Shown here in pieces: positions 24,584 to 36,549 of a DNA stretch of 64,000 nucleotides. A program made the position numbers and the translations under genes. The DNA comes from Dendrobates tinctorius (lineage: Eukaryota), in contig NW_027361751.1 in the NCBI RefSeq assembly GCF_039654945.1, positions 23,932,001 through 23,996,000 of the forward strand, given 5' to 3'. The notes beneath the pieces are model-generated. The model was not told where the DNA came from, searched no databases, and worked only from the letters and a program-made list of their open reading frames with translations. The first letter of the stretch is position 1, and the number at the start of each line of letters is the position of its first letter.

Positions 24584-26474
24584 AAGTTTAGACCCACCAG
24601 TTGGGGGTAGATTAAAATTTTTTTTTACCAAGTGGGAAAAAATTACGTTAAACCCATGGATTTTAAACATAATTAAGGAAGGAATAAAGATTGAATTCCT
24701 TCGGATCCCCTATGAGTTCTTTGTTATAACTCGCCTTAATTCCTCACTTCAGCAAAAGGCTCTCGAAGACGAGATTCGAGTCCTGCTAGCTAAAAAAGTT
24801 TTAGTTGACGTCCCTGAGGAACAGGGTAGAGGCTTTTACTCTCCCCTGTTTTTGGTGTCTAAACCAGACGGTACATTTAGAACCATTATTAATTTAAAGA
24901 AGCTAAATTCATTTATAAAAAATTATAAGTTCAAAATGGAATCAATTAGATCCACTATAAAGCTTCTTTTCCCAAATTGCGTAATGGCAGGGATTGATTT
25001 AAAAGATGCTTATTATCATCTCCCTATACACAACAGATTCCAGAAATACCAAAGAGTCGCAGTGGAAGTCGAGGGAAGGATTCATCATTTCCAATACGCG
25101 GCAATGCCCTTCGGGCTTTCCACGGCACCAAGAATATTTACCAAGGTGATGGCAGAAGTGATGGCCTACCTTCGCCAAAAGGACACTCTAATTGTACCAT
25201 ATCTAGACGACTTCCTAGTAATTGGGAATTCAGTCAAACAATGTACTGAACGCGTGACTGACGCAATCTCCTCTTTTCAGAGCCTTGGCTGGATCATCAA
25301 TATCCAAAAGTCCAGACTCGATCCGCAATCTCTCCAGACATTTCTAGGATTTCAACTAGATTCCTTGACCCAGAGATGTCTACTACCCCAGGTAAAAATC
25401 ATCCTCACAAAACAAAAAATACAAGCAGCTATAGATAAACCACGTGTATCCTTAAGAGGAGCAATGTCACTATTAGGATCACTAAATTCTTGCACCCCGG
25501 CAGTCCGGTGGGCCCAGTACCATGTCCGTACGCTACAACACCAGATCCTCCAGGAGGATAAGCGACATAGTGGTCATTTACAGAGCAAAATAACCCTGTC
25601 ACAAGAAGTCTTGACTTCCCTAGAGTGGTGGTTAGACGATGACCATTTATGTTCAGGAGTTCCATGGGTTATAGTTCCATCCTGTATCGTAACCACCGAT
25701 GCCAGTCCCCAGGGCTGGGGAGCCCACATGGAGAATGGGTTTTATCAGGGAAGGTGGAGTAAAGAGGAATGTGATTACTCATCTAATTTAAAAGAACTGA
25801 CTGCAGTGTTCTATGCTCTATACAACTTCCTTCCGCAGCTCCAACAGAAGCATGTAAGGATCCTGTCGGACAATACCACCACAGTGGCATATATAAACAG
25901 ACAAGGAGGAACTCGATCAGAGACTCTGATGTCTTCAGCGGCAAGAATTTTAAACTTAGCAGAAAACTATTTTTTGTCCCTCTCGGCCCTTCATATCAGA
26001 GGCGAGAGCAATCAAAAGTCAGACTTCCTAAGCCGTCACACTCTATGACAAGGAGAGTGGTGCCTCAATCGGAAGGTCTTCAGGGACATAGTAGACGCAT
26101 GGGGACAACCCGAGGTGGATCTTTTCGCCACAAGGGAGAACAGGCAGATAAAAACATTTGCCTCCCTATCTCCGTCAGATCACCCAAACATACTGGACGC
26201 CTTTCTAGTTCCATGGAATTTCAACCTAGCGTATGCGTTCCCTCCATTGATCCTCCTACCTCAAGTAATTCGGAAGATCAGAGACGACAAAGCAAGAATA
26301 ATCTTAATAGCACCGTTCTGGCCAAAAAGACCGTGGTTTTCGTGGCTGCAGATTATGTCAATAACAGATCCTTGGATCCTTCCGACTGCCAATCTACTCT
26401 CCCAAGGCCCCTTTTTCCACCCTCAAGTGCTCAGCTTGCACTTGACGGCGTGGAATTTGAGAGGCAGTTATTGA
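24429..26474 (+). CDS. DIRS-A Pol: reverse transcriptase, RNase H, adenine methyltransferase-like domain; one internal TGA at 26046-48
   Basis: DLKDAYYH, MPFGL, YLDD; TTDAS, ELTAV, SDNTT; DLFA..YAFPP continues in the same frame (ORF 26115..26474). Confidence 0.92.
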
Positions 26475-27487
26475 GGACAAGAGGATTCTCGGAGTCCTTA
26501 ATTACTACACTACTACAAAGTAGAAAACAGTCCACAACCCAAATTTACACTAGAATATGGAAAAAATTTCTTCAATTCCATACAGTACCTCATACAGCAG
26601 AAGTTCCGATAATCCCAATCTTGGAATTTCTGCAGAAGGGGAAAGACTTAGGCTTAGCAGTAAATACACTGAGAGTACAAATATCGGCATTAGGAGCACT
26701 ATATGGCCATAATATAGCAGGCAACAAGTGGATAACTCGTTTTATTACAGCATGTGAACGAATAGCTCCAATCCACATACCCTCCGGCCCTACATGGGAT
26801 CTAAATCTGGTCTTAGACGCCCTAACGGTAGACCCCTTTGAGCCGATCGACACCATACCCTTCAAATACTTGGCACTTAAAATGGCCCTCTTAGTATCAC
26901 TAACCTCAGCTAGAAGAGTGGGTGATATCCAAGCCTTGTCAATAGATCCACCTTTTTTCCAAGAATACCAAGACAGATTAGTATTAAAACCAGACCCTGC
27001 CTACCTGCCAAAAGTGGCAACAAAATACCATAGATCTCAGGAGATACTCCTCCCAACCTTCTATAAAAATCCCTCTACTCCGGAAGAGCAGAAGTTCCAT
27101 ACTCTGGACGTCAAAAGAACTGTCCTAAAATGTATTGAGAGGTCCAACAGTTGGAGGCAGAGCAGGGCCCTATTTGTTTCTTTTCAGGGCTGTAAGAAGG
27201 GGTATGGAGTCACGAAGAGCACCATTTCCCGGTGGATCAGAGAGGCCATTCGTTTAGCCTACTCCGCAAAAAACGAAGATCCTCCAGGGAACATCAGGGC
27301 GCATTCCACCAGGGCAATGGCAACCTCTTGGGTGGAAAAGGGAGATGTTCCGATTGAAACTATATGTAAGGCGGCAGTTTGGTCATCCCCTTCTACCTTC
27401 TATAAGCACTACAGACTTGATCTTTCATCAACCTCTGACTTAAGCTTTGGCAGGACTATCCTTGGCACGGTGGTCCCACCCAGGTGA
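26045..27487 (+). CDS. DIRS-A tyrosine recombinase (true start uncertain)
   Basis: SARRVGDI, AHSTRA, FYKHYRLD give the R-HxxR-Y catalytic set; overlaps pol. Confidence 0.93.
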   Translation: MTRRVVPQSEGLQGHSRRMGTTRGGSFRHKGEQADKNICLPISVRSPKHTGRLSSSMEFQPSVCVPSIDPPTSSNSEDQRRQSKNNLNSTVLAKKTVVFVAADYVNNRSLDPSDCQSTLPRPLFPPSSAQLALDGVEFERQLLRTRGFSESLITTLLQSRKQSTTQIYTRIWKKFLQFHTVPHTAEVPIIPILEFLQKGKDLGLAVNTLRVQISALGALYGHNIAGNKWITRFITACERIAPIHIPSGPTWDLNLVLDALTVDPFEPIDTIPFKYLALKMALLVSLTSARRVGDIQALSIDPPFFQEYQDRLVLKPDPAYLPKVATKYHRSQEILLPTFYKNPSTPEEQKFHTLDVKRTVLKCIERSNSWRQSRALFVSFQGCKKGYGVTKSTISRWIREAIRLAYSAKNEDPPGNIRAHSTRAMATSWVEKGDVPIETICKAAVWSSPSTFYKHYRLDLSSTSDLSFGRTILGTVVPPR

Positions 27488-27502
27488 TTGTCTCTGGAAT
27501 CT

Positions 27503-27586
27503 CTCCAGTGGGTGCTGTCGTGGCGAAGAGTAAAAAGCCGGATTACTTACCGGTAATGCTCTTTTAATGAGTCCACGACAGCACCC
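27503..27586 (+). repeat. DIRS-A internal complementary region (ICR)
   Basis: Reverse complement of the left terminus joined via an A-run to the reverse complement of the right terminal extension. Confidence 0.95.
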
Positions 27587-27897
27587 GCTCACTTCCCCCC
27601 CCTAAAGATATCAATAGTTAAAGTATATTAACCAAATAATGGATAAGAAAGATGTTAAAATAAGAGAACATTGCCTAATCCTTGGCGGTCCTTCTGGTAC
27701 TCTGAAACGTAAAACTGAGGAGGAAAGGCGGACCGCCCCTTTTATCTTTCCTGTAGGGTTTCCTGTTCCAAATGGGCGGATCCGATACCTCCAGTGGGTG
27801 CTGTCGTGGACTCATTAAAAGAGCATTACCGGTAAGTAATCCGGCTTTTTGCACTGATTCTCATTCTAAAGAGTTGATAATTACACAAGTGCTCAAA

Positions 27898-29540
27898 TAG
27901 TTAGGTCCATATATATTTGGACAGACAACACTTTTCTAACTTTGGTTCTAGACATTACAACAATGAATTGTAAACAAAACAATTCAGATGCAGTTGAAGT
28001 TCAGACTTTCAGCTTTCATTTGAGGGTATCCACATTAAAATTGGATGAAGGGTTTAGGAGTTTCAGCTCCTTAACATGTGCCACCCTGTTTTTAAAGGGA
28101 CCAAAAGTAATTGGACAACTGACTCCCAGGCTATTTCATGGACAGGTGTGGGCAATTCCTTCGTTATGTCATTCTCAATTAAGCAGATAAAAAGCCTGGA
28201 GTTGATTTGAGGTGTGGTACTTGCATTTGGAAGGTTTTTCTGTGAAGGAAACAAGCGGTCAAAGGAGCTCTCCATGCTGGTGAAACAAGCCATCCTTGAG
28301 CTGCAAAAACAAAAAAACCCATCCGAGAAATTGCTACAACATTAGGAGTGGCAAAATCTACAGTTTGGTACATCCTGAGAAAGAAAGCACTGGCGAACTC
28401 ATCAATGCAAAAAGACCTGGGCGCCCACGGAAGACAACAGTGGTGGATGATCGCAGAATAGTCTCCATGGTGAAGAGAAACCCCTTCACAACAGCCAACC
28501 AAGTGAACAACACTCTCCAGGAGGTCGGCATATCAATATCCAAATCTACCATAAAGAGAAGACTGCATGAAAGTAAATACAGAGGGTTCACTGCACGGTG
28601 CAAGACACTCATAAGCATCAAGAATCAAAAGGCTAGACTGGACTTTGCTAAAAAAAAAAAAAAAAAAATCTAAAAAAAGCCAGCACAGTTCTGGAAGAAC
28701 ATTCTTTGGACAGATGAAACCAAGATCGACCTCTACCAGAATGATGGAAGAGACAAGTATGGTGAAGGCATGGTACAGCTCATGATCCAAAGCATACCAC
28801 ATCATCTGTAAAACACGGCGGAGGCAGTGTGATGGCTTGGGCATGCATGGCTGCCAGTGGCACTGGGTCACTAGTGTTTATTGATGATGTGACACAGGAC
28901 AGAAGCAGCCGAATGAATTCTGAGGTATTCAGAGCCATACTGTGTGCTCAGATCCAACCTAATGCAGCCAAACTGATTGGTCGTCATTTCATACTACAGA
29001 TGGACAATGACCCAAAACATAAAGCCAAAGCAACCCAGGAGTTTATTAAAGCAAAGAAGTGGAATATTCTTGAATGGCCAAGTCAGTCACCTGATCTCAA
29101 CCCAATTGAGCATGCATTTCACTTGTTAAAGACTAAAGTTCAGACAGAAAGGCCCACAAACAAACAGCAACTGAAAACCACCGCAGTGAAGGCCTGGCAG
29201 AGCATCAAAAAGGAGGAAACACAGCGTCTGGTGATGTCCATGAGTTCAAGACTTCAGGCAGTCATTGCCAACAAAAGGTTTTCAACCAAGTACTAGAAAT
29301 GAACATTTTATTTAATCTGTCCACTTACTTTTGGTCCCTTTAAAAAACAGGGTGGCACATGTTATGGGGCTGAAACTCCTAAACCCTTCATCCAATTTTA
29401 ATGTGGATACCCTCAAATGAAAGCTGGAAGTCTGAACTTCAACTGCATCTGAATTGTTTTGTTCAAAATTCATTGTGGTAATGTCTAGAACCAAAACTAG
29501 AAAAATGTTGTCTCTGTCCAAATATATATGGACCTAACTG
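27898..29540 (+). mobile_element. Tc1 transposon with about 220-bp TIRs, disrupted transposase ending 29296
   Basis: TIR (C)AGTTAGGTCCATATATATTTGGACAG; WTDETK, LQMDNDPKH, SPDLNPIEH; frameshifts and stops. Confidence 0.93.
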
Positions 29541-30735
29541 TAGCTTGAAATTGGGTAAACTACAAAAACTGAATATAAATTGCACCACTAAAAAACAGTA
29601 TAAATTGCCAATAAAATCACTGAATTTTATTACACTAATTTAAAAAATAATAGAAAAATTAGGAACAGGGTTGCTGCTGACTAAGCAGGGAAACCATATA
29701 TAACATGTAGCCAAACAGTGTATATAGTACATATAACAGAAACCACCTGCACAAAAGGAGCTTGTTACATTCCCTATGGGTATAGATGACCGTGTTTTAA
29801 ATAGTGCAAATATTGCAGGCAGAGCCTGTAGCAATCACTAGAAGTACAGACAATACAGTAAACATATTAGTGCAGAAGACTCCATACAGATTTAACTCCA
29901 AAATCATCTGGACCTAACTTCTTCTGCCTGTGATTTTTGCACTAATGTTTACTGTATCCGCATGTCCCTGCATACCCAATGTTAAAGATGTGGGAAGCGT
30001 GTGAAAGTAGGCAGAGCTATAAGGAAAGAAGTCTGCAGCACCATGCTAAGGTGAACTTGGCCTTACCAAGTATTACACAAGCCCTAGCAAGTTCTATTTG
30101 TCCGATATAGTATCCCTCTGGCGGAGTGGCCAACTCTTCAATCAACATCGGACAAATACATCACCGGATAAAATATGCCAAAAGCTCTCCTGGTACCAAA
30201 TGTTTTACCATACTATAAACATGACCATTCTCACTAAACGTGGATAACTAAACTCTGCAGTAATTGGATGACACTATAAGCATACGCTTTCCCACTAAAG
30301 ATTAATAAACGAGCTGTGTGGTCCAGGTGTTGGGGAAAATTACAGAAAATACAAGGCTAACATAAGCTGAATTGTTACTGTCTAATATCTTTAAGGTTCC
30401 TTAAAGACAGGCTACCAATATGGATTCCTGATGGCCATTAACATCTTAGCACTACACAGTGGATATAAAATGAGGGCAAAAAAGGTTTTTCCCTAAAGAG
30501 GTTATCTCCTCTGAGGCCTCCTGACTTTTTGCTGTGTATTGTGCTCTTGCTTGATGGACAATTTGGACCGCTGGCATTGTTGCACCGCTCTCCTGATCGG
30601 TCTGTTCTCCAATACAGTACACAGGCAATGTTGCCTCATGTAGCAGCATCGGTGGAGGTCAGGGGCACAGACGGCTAGATTTGGCACGTTCACCAGCTTC
30701 AGAGCAGCACTTATTGGAAAGGGATCGAAAGCACA

Positions 30736-33700
30736 TTTCTCCTACGCTTCATTGGGGGACACAGACAGTGGGTGTTATGCTGCTTGCCACTAGGAGGACA
30801 CTAAGTAAACCAGAAAAAAAGTTAACTCCTCCCCTGCAGTATACACCCTCTCGCTGAATGAGACTTCTCCAGTTCATGCTTAGTGTCTGTAGGAGGCACT
30901 TGGGTCTGGTTTCAGACCCCACCGTTTTTATTTTATTTTTGAATTAATGGTGTGAAGGGGGCGACTGTTCATTTCTATGGCCCGCTTTCCCCCGAACCAA
31001 CAGGCAAGCACGCTGAGTATACCTCCCCATACACTTTCCTGCGACTTTGGGGCTGATTCCTCTGGCAATAATGGCGATGATCCTTACGACCGGTTCCGGT
31101 AATCCATGGATATGAGGGCAGGCGCACGAAATGGAGAAGACTGGACAGTGCTTCCGAAGGCCCTGAATCTGCCCCCATAGCTCTCCATCCCCCTACCATA
31201 GGGAGGATCGACTGAGCATGCCCTTTTAAGAGCTCCTTCAGCTCTGCTACATCAGCCCAGGAGGATAAGGGCCTGCATGGATGGCTCGGACAGCAATGAG
31301 CATTCTGCTGGATCCCGGGTGACACCGCAGGGCCACCGCTATTCCTCCCGGGGGGACACAGCATCGGACCGGGTAAGCTGCATCTGCCCTCAGCTTAACC
31401 CCCCTTCCCGGCACATTCCCTGAAGCTGCAGACAGACTCTGCCGTTAACCCTTTCAGGAGCGCTATGTCTCAATCTAAGGCTAAATGGGCTGCTAAAAAA
31501 GCACACTGTTTTTACCATGTGTACCACTTGCAAGTCTGCCTTACCCAGTGCAGACTAATCCATTATGCACGGACTACGACCTGGCCTGCGCTCAATTGCC
31601 CGCCGCTGCTGATGGGCCACCTGCGTTTAGTACCCCTGAGTGGGCTGCATCCTTGTCACGGTTGGTAGAGTCTCTGACCCAGGCTATATTCTCCCTCTGG
31701 GAGGACTCTAAGTCATAAAGCGTCCGTACCCCCCCCAAGGAAGACTCTGGCGTCGGCCGGGAACCGTCCACCAGCAGGGGCCGTAATCGTTTAAGGGATG
31801 ATCAGGTCTCTAGAAAGCGGACCCATGACGTGTCCCCTAGTCTCAGTCACGCCTCAGCATCTGCGACTCCTGTCTCTCGCTCTCCCTTCCCTGGAGTTCT
31901 CAGCGAGCATGACTCTGAATTCGACTCTGACACGTCAGCCCCTCAGAATCCCCCAACTGATCAAGAGTCGCTTGATTCTCTTATGGAATCAGTCAACAGG
32001 ATTCTGAAGTTGGATGAGGATAATGTTCCCGCTCCAGCACATCCTATCTCACTTAAGAAAACCAAGCGTGTTCGCAGGTTTACCAGCCATCCGGACTTTA
32101 TGGAAATTGTCCAGAAACGTAGGGATCGTCCACATAAGCAGTTCACAGGGCAAAACTCTACTCAGGCTAAATACCCTTTTGATCCAGACCTAATGAAGGA
32201 TTGGATACAGTCCAGTCCGGTGGACCCTCCTGTATCGCGTCTTGCTTTGAAAACTCTTATCCGTTTCTCGGGGTTCCTCAATCATAAACCCCCTCCGATC
32301 GTCAGATTGACTACCTTGCCCGTTCAGTTTTTGAAGCTTAAGGATCAGTGCTTTTTCCATCTTTCGCGGCAATTTGGGTCACTAAGGCAATAGCCGCTTG
32401 GGCAGAAGTCTTGGTTACTTCCTTCCAGTGCACCAATCTTCCTCCGGAGGCAACCATGGTTGCCAGGCAGATAATTCACGCAGCGGACTTTGTAGTGGAC
32501 GCTTCTTTTGATGCCGCCAATTGCGCTGCTCAAACTGCCGCTAATGCGAACTCCATTAGAAGAGCCCTATGGCTCCGTGACTGGCGGGCGGATGCCACAT
32601 CTAAAAGATCATTGACTTCTCTCCCCTTTCAAATGGGTTGTCTTTTTGAGAGAAACTGGACCAGCTCACTTCTGATGCTACCGGGGGAAATTAAATTCCT
32701 TCCTCAACAAAAGGCTGTTCGGCCGTTTCGCAACCAACAGCCGACAAGTTTTCGATCTTTTCGTAAAAATTCCAGTTGGTCCTTCTCTTCCGGATCAGGT
32801 CTGTCTCCTCGCGGAGACAAAGGCTCCCAGGTCTCATACAGACCTAACCGCTCTTAGAAACCCAGGCCTAGGGCTTCTGGATCTAGGGGAGCCAGATCTC
32901 ATAGATCTCCTACCCAATGACTTGGTGCTGTATCCGGCGGACACCGACAGAGGCGGTCGCCTACTTTCCTTCAGCCACACTTGGCTCGCGGTCGTCCATG
33001 ACAAGTGGGTCAGGGAGCTGGTGTCCTCCGAATCTTCTCCCCCTCATCTCAGTTTTTCCCTTCCTCTGGGCTGTTCAGGCTCTGCTAAGGGATGGAGTCA
33101 TCATTCCAGTCCCTCATCATGAAAGGTTCACGGGATTTTATTACAACCTTTTTGTGGTCCCCAAAAAAAGGATGGGACGATGCGACCCATTCTGGATCTC
33201 ACAGTTAAATCAGTTTGTCAAGGTACAGCGATTCCGAATGGAATCTCTGATCAATTTCGCTTCCATGGAAAAGGGAGCGTTCCTAGCATCCATTGACATC
33301 AAGGACGCTTGCCTTCACATTCCGATCTACCCGTCTCACCAGCAGTTCCTGTTTTGCAATTCACGAGGAACACTTCCAGTTCGTTGCGTTGCCCTTCAGA
33401 CTCACCACCGCCTCCGGGTCTTTACCAAGGTCATGGCCATTCTCCACTCTCGGAATAGTGGTGTTACCCTATTGGGACGACATGCTCATCAAGGGTCCAT
33501 CCCTTCCAGCCTGCGAGGAATCCGTGGATATATAACAATAAATACACTTTCTCACCTGGGGTGAAAGAAACTTCGAAAAGTCTTTCCCAACACCGGCTCA
33601 GCGGATTTCCTTTTTAGGAATGGTCTTGGACACTTCTCGCCGGTTTGTCATTCTCCCTCCAGAATAGACCCAAGCCTTACAACAGGCAGCATGGACTCTT

Positions 33701-36022
33701 TCCCGACCAGTTTCTCACTCCATTTGTTTCAGCATGAGTTCTCGGAAAGATGGTGGCAGCCATGGAAGCAGTTCGACTTGCACAGTTCCATATCCATCCC
33801 TTAAAACATGTGTTGCTGTTAGCTTGGGACAAGAACCTGCTCTCCCTGGACAGTCGAATCCTTCTGTCCCTGCGGGTCAGGCAAGCCCTCAGGTGGTGGA
33901 CACTGAGGTCCTCCCTGGATCAAGGGAGGTCTTTTCTCCCAGTAAGGTAGTTGATGGTGACCACCAACGCAATCCTTCTCGGCTGGGGTGCGGTATTTCG
34001 TCACCACACGGCACAGGGTCGTTGGTCAACCGGAGTCATGTCTCCCCCATCAACATTTTGGAGATACGAGCGATCAGATAAGCTCTACAGAGTTTCCACC
34101 ATCTCCTTGCAGGTCACCCCATAAGGATCCAATCTGACAACGCCACGGCTGTAGCGTATATCAACCGCCAGGGAGGTACCCGGAGCAGGATGGCCATGCA
34201 CGAAGTGAGTCACATCCTCCATTGGGCCGAGACCAACCATTCATCCATCTCAGCAATCCACATCCCGGGTGTAGAAAACTGGGTGGCAGATTTTCTCAGT
34301 CACCAAGGCATTGCCTCGGGACAGTGGTCTCTTCATCCGGAAGTCTTTCAACAGATTTGCCGTCGTTGGGGGACTCTGGATGTGGTTCTCATGGCCTCAA
34401 GACTAAACAACGTTCCTCAGTTCATTGCGAGATCCATGCGCCATCGGAGCAGATGCCATGGCACTGGTTCTGGCTCCCATACCTCTTCCCTTGCTTCTGA
34501 CGGTCATCAAGAAGATCAGAGTGGAGGGAGTACCAGTGATCCTAGTCGCGCCAGATTGGCCGAGCATGGTATGCAGAACTAATGCAACTAGTCGCTGATG
34601 TCCCCTGGTGACTTCCAGATCGCATGGATCTACTCACAGGGCCCTATTTATCACCAGAACTCCGGGCCCTGTCTTTGACAGCGTGGCCTTTGAATCCTGG
34701 ATTTTAGCACAGGCTGGGTTCTCTCACGACATGACTTCCACCATGATTAGTGCTAGGAAACCTGTGTCCATGCGCATCTATCACCGCACCTGGAAAGCCT
34801 TCTTTTCGTGGTTCAAGGATCAGGGTCGATTTCCCTCTGTTTTCCACTCCGGCCATATTGGGATTTCTTCAATCCGGAATAAAGTCAGGACTCACGCTTA
34901 GCTCGCTCAAGGGCCAAATTTCAGCCTTGTCAGTGCTTTTCCAATGCAAAATTGCCACCAAACTTCAGGTCAAGACGTTCATTCATGGAGTCTCCCATGT
35001 AGCGCCTCCTTTATAGAAGGCCACTGGAATCATGGGACCTTTAATCTGGTTCTCGGGGCCTTACAGGAGGCTCCTTTCGAACCGCTGCAGGACGTTTCAC
35101 TGACCGTCCTCTCCTGGAAGGTGGTCTTTCTTATGGCAATTACGTCAATTAGACGAGTTCTGGAATTGGCGGCCCTGTCCTGCCGTTCTCGATTCTTGAA
35201 TTTTCATCTGGACAAAGCAGTTCTCAGGATGTCCCCGTCCTTCCTGCCCAAGGTGGACTCCTCTTTCCATCTCAAGGAGGAAATAGTTTTTTTTTTTTTT
35301 TTTTTTTTTTTGCGCCAGTCCATCGCATTGAGAAGGCCCTCCACACCTTGGATGTGGTTACGGCTCTGAGATGGTACATGTCGCAGACGGCTCCCTTCCG
35401 CAAGTCAGATATCCTGTTCATACTTTCTGAGGGGCATAGGAAGGGTCTAGCCGCTTCAAAAGCAACGCTAGCCAGGTGGATTCACTTGGCAATTCAGGAA
35501 TCCTACCATGTCAGGAACGTGCCTGTCCCAGCAGGGATTGAGGCGCACTCTTCCCGTTCAGTGGGCACCTCTTGGGCCATTCGGCACCAGGCCTCGGCAG
35601 AACAGGTCTGCATACTATTACCAAATTCATTCTCGGGCCTCTGCGGATGCAGCTCTTGGCAGACGCATCCTGCAATCGGCAGTACCTCAGCATTGACTCA
35701 GTGGTTACATGGGGTATTAGCAGGTGTATGCTCCCCACCCAGGGACTGCTTTAGGATGTCCCACGGTCTGTGCCCCCCCCCCCCCCTCTTCTCCAATGAG
35801 GCATAGGAGAAATGGGGATTTTTGTTTACTCACCGTAAAATCCTTTTCTCCGAGCCATTCATTTGGGGGACACAGCACCCACCCTGTTTAGCCTACTGGC
35901 TCATTGTGGCATTCTTAGGTTGTGACACAGTTATGGTTGTTGACTGTTTAAGCTCCTCCTGCTTTTTTTCACTTAACTGGAGATCTCATCCAGCGAGAGG
36001 GTGTATACTGCAGGGGAGGAGT

Positions 36023-36066
<44 letters not shown>

Positions 36067-36147
36067 CTTCCGGTTTACCCATGGTCTGTCCCCCACTGAA
36101 TGGCTCGGAGAAACGGATTTTACGGTGAGTACACAAATTCCTATTTT
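30736..36147 (+). mobile_element. DIRS1-type retrotransposon, copy C (different family), full length but decayed
   Basis: Inverted termini about 30747-30874 / 35975-36100, ICR about 35760-35880; fragments SIDIKDA, LPYWDD, TTNA..GWG, QSDNATAVAYINRQGG, TSIRRV, AHSSRSV. Confidence 0.92.
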
Positions 36148-36306
36148 TGGTAATGAGCGGAAAACTAAAAGCCTCTATCTTGAGAGGGTTTTAAGAACAT
36201 GTAAGATGCATAGTCGCTTGTTTTTGCAATCTTATTCACTGAAGATGAGAAGACTTTTTCCTTATTCCTCCGGTTTCCTAACTATTTGTTTGTCTGGATT
36301 CTTTAG

Positions 36307-36469
36307 GTTCTGGAGTGTGGAGTTTGTGAAGATGTCTTCACTCTGCAAGGGGACAAGGTGCCACGTTTACTTCTGTGTGGCCACACGGTCTGCCACGACT
36401 GCTTGACACGACTGCCTCTACATGGCAGAGCCATACGCTGCCCATTTGACCGGCAAGTTACTGAACTAG
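36307..36469 (+). CDS. TRIM23: TRIM23 coding exon 2 (RING finger)
   Basis: 163 nt, tttag|GTT...CTA G|gtaaat; VLECGVCEDVFSLQGDKVPRLLLCGHTVCHDCLTRLPLHGRAIRCPFDRQ. Confidence 0.97.
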
Positions 36470-36549
36470 GTAAATGGGATGCATCCTGTCCTAATTACCT
36501 GCAGGATGGCCGCTTCATCAGGTTTATAGTGAATCGATCGCCTGACTTC

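Larger units (their letters stand above)
22579..27849 (+). mobile_element. DIRS1-type tyrosine-recombinase retrotransposon, copy A, near intact
   Basis: Identical 99-bp inverted termini (22591-22689 / 27711-27809), ICR, T-run ends without TSD, overlapping gag, RT-RH-MT and YR ORFs. Confidence 0.97.

Noticed and set aside
29560-30730. Possible old L1/Tx1 fragment on the minus strand
   Set aside because: No clear diagnostic motif; needs a repeat-library search.
35822-36406. 194-aa ORF with poly-Phe, and other poly-Phe/Lys or CV/HT-repeat ORFs
   Set aside because: Translations of homopolymers and microsatellites; homopolymer lengths may also be sequencing artefacts.
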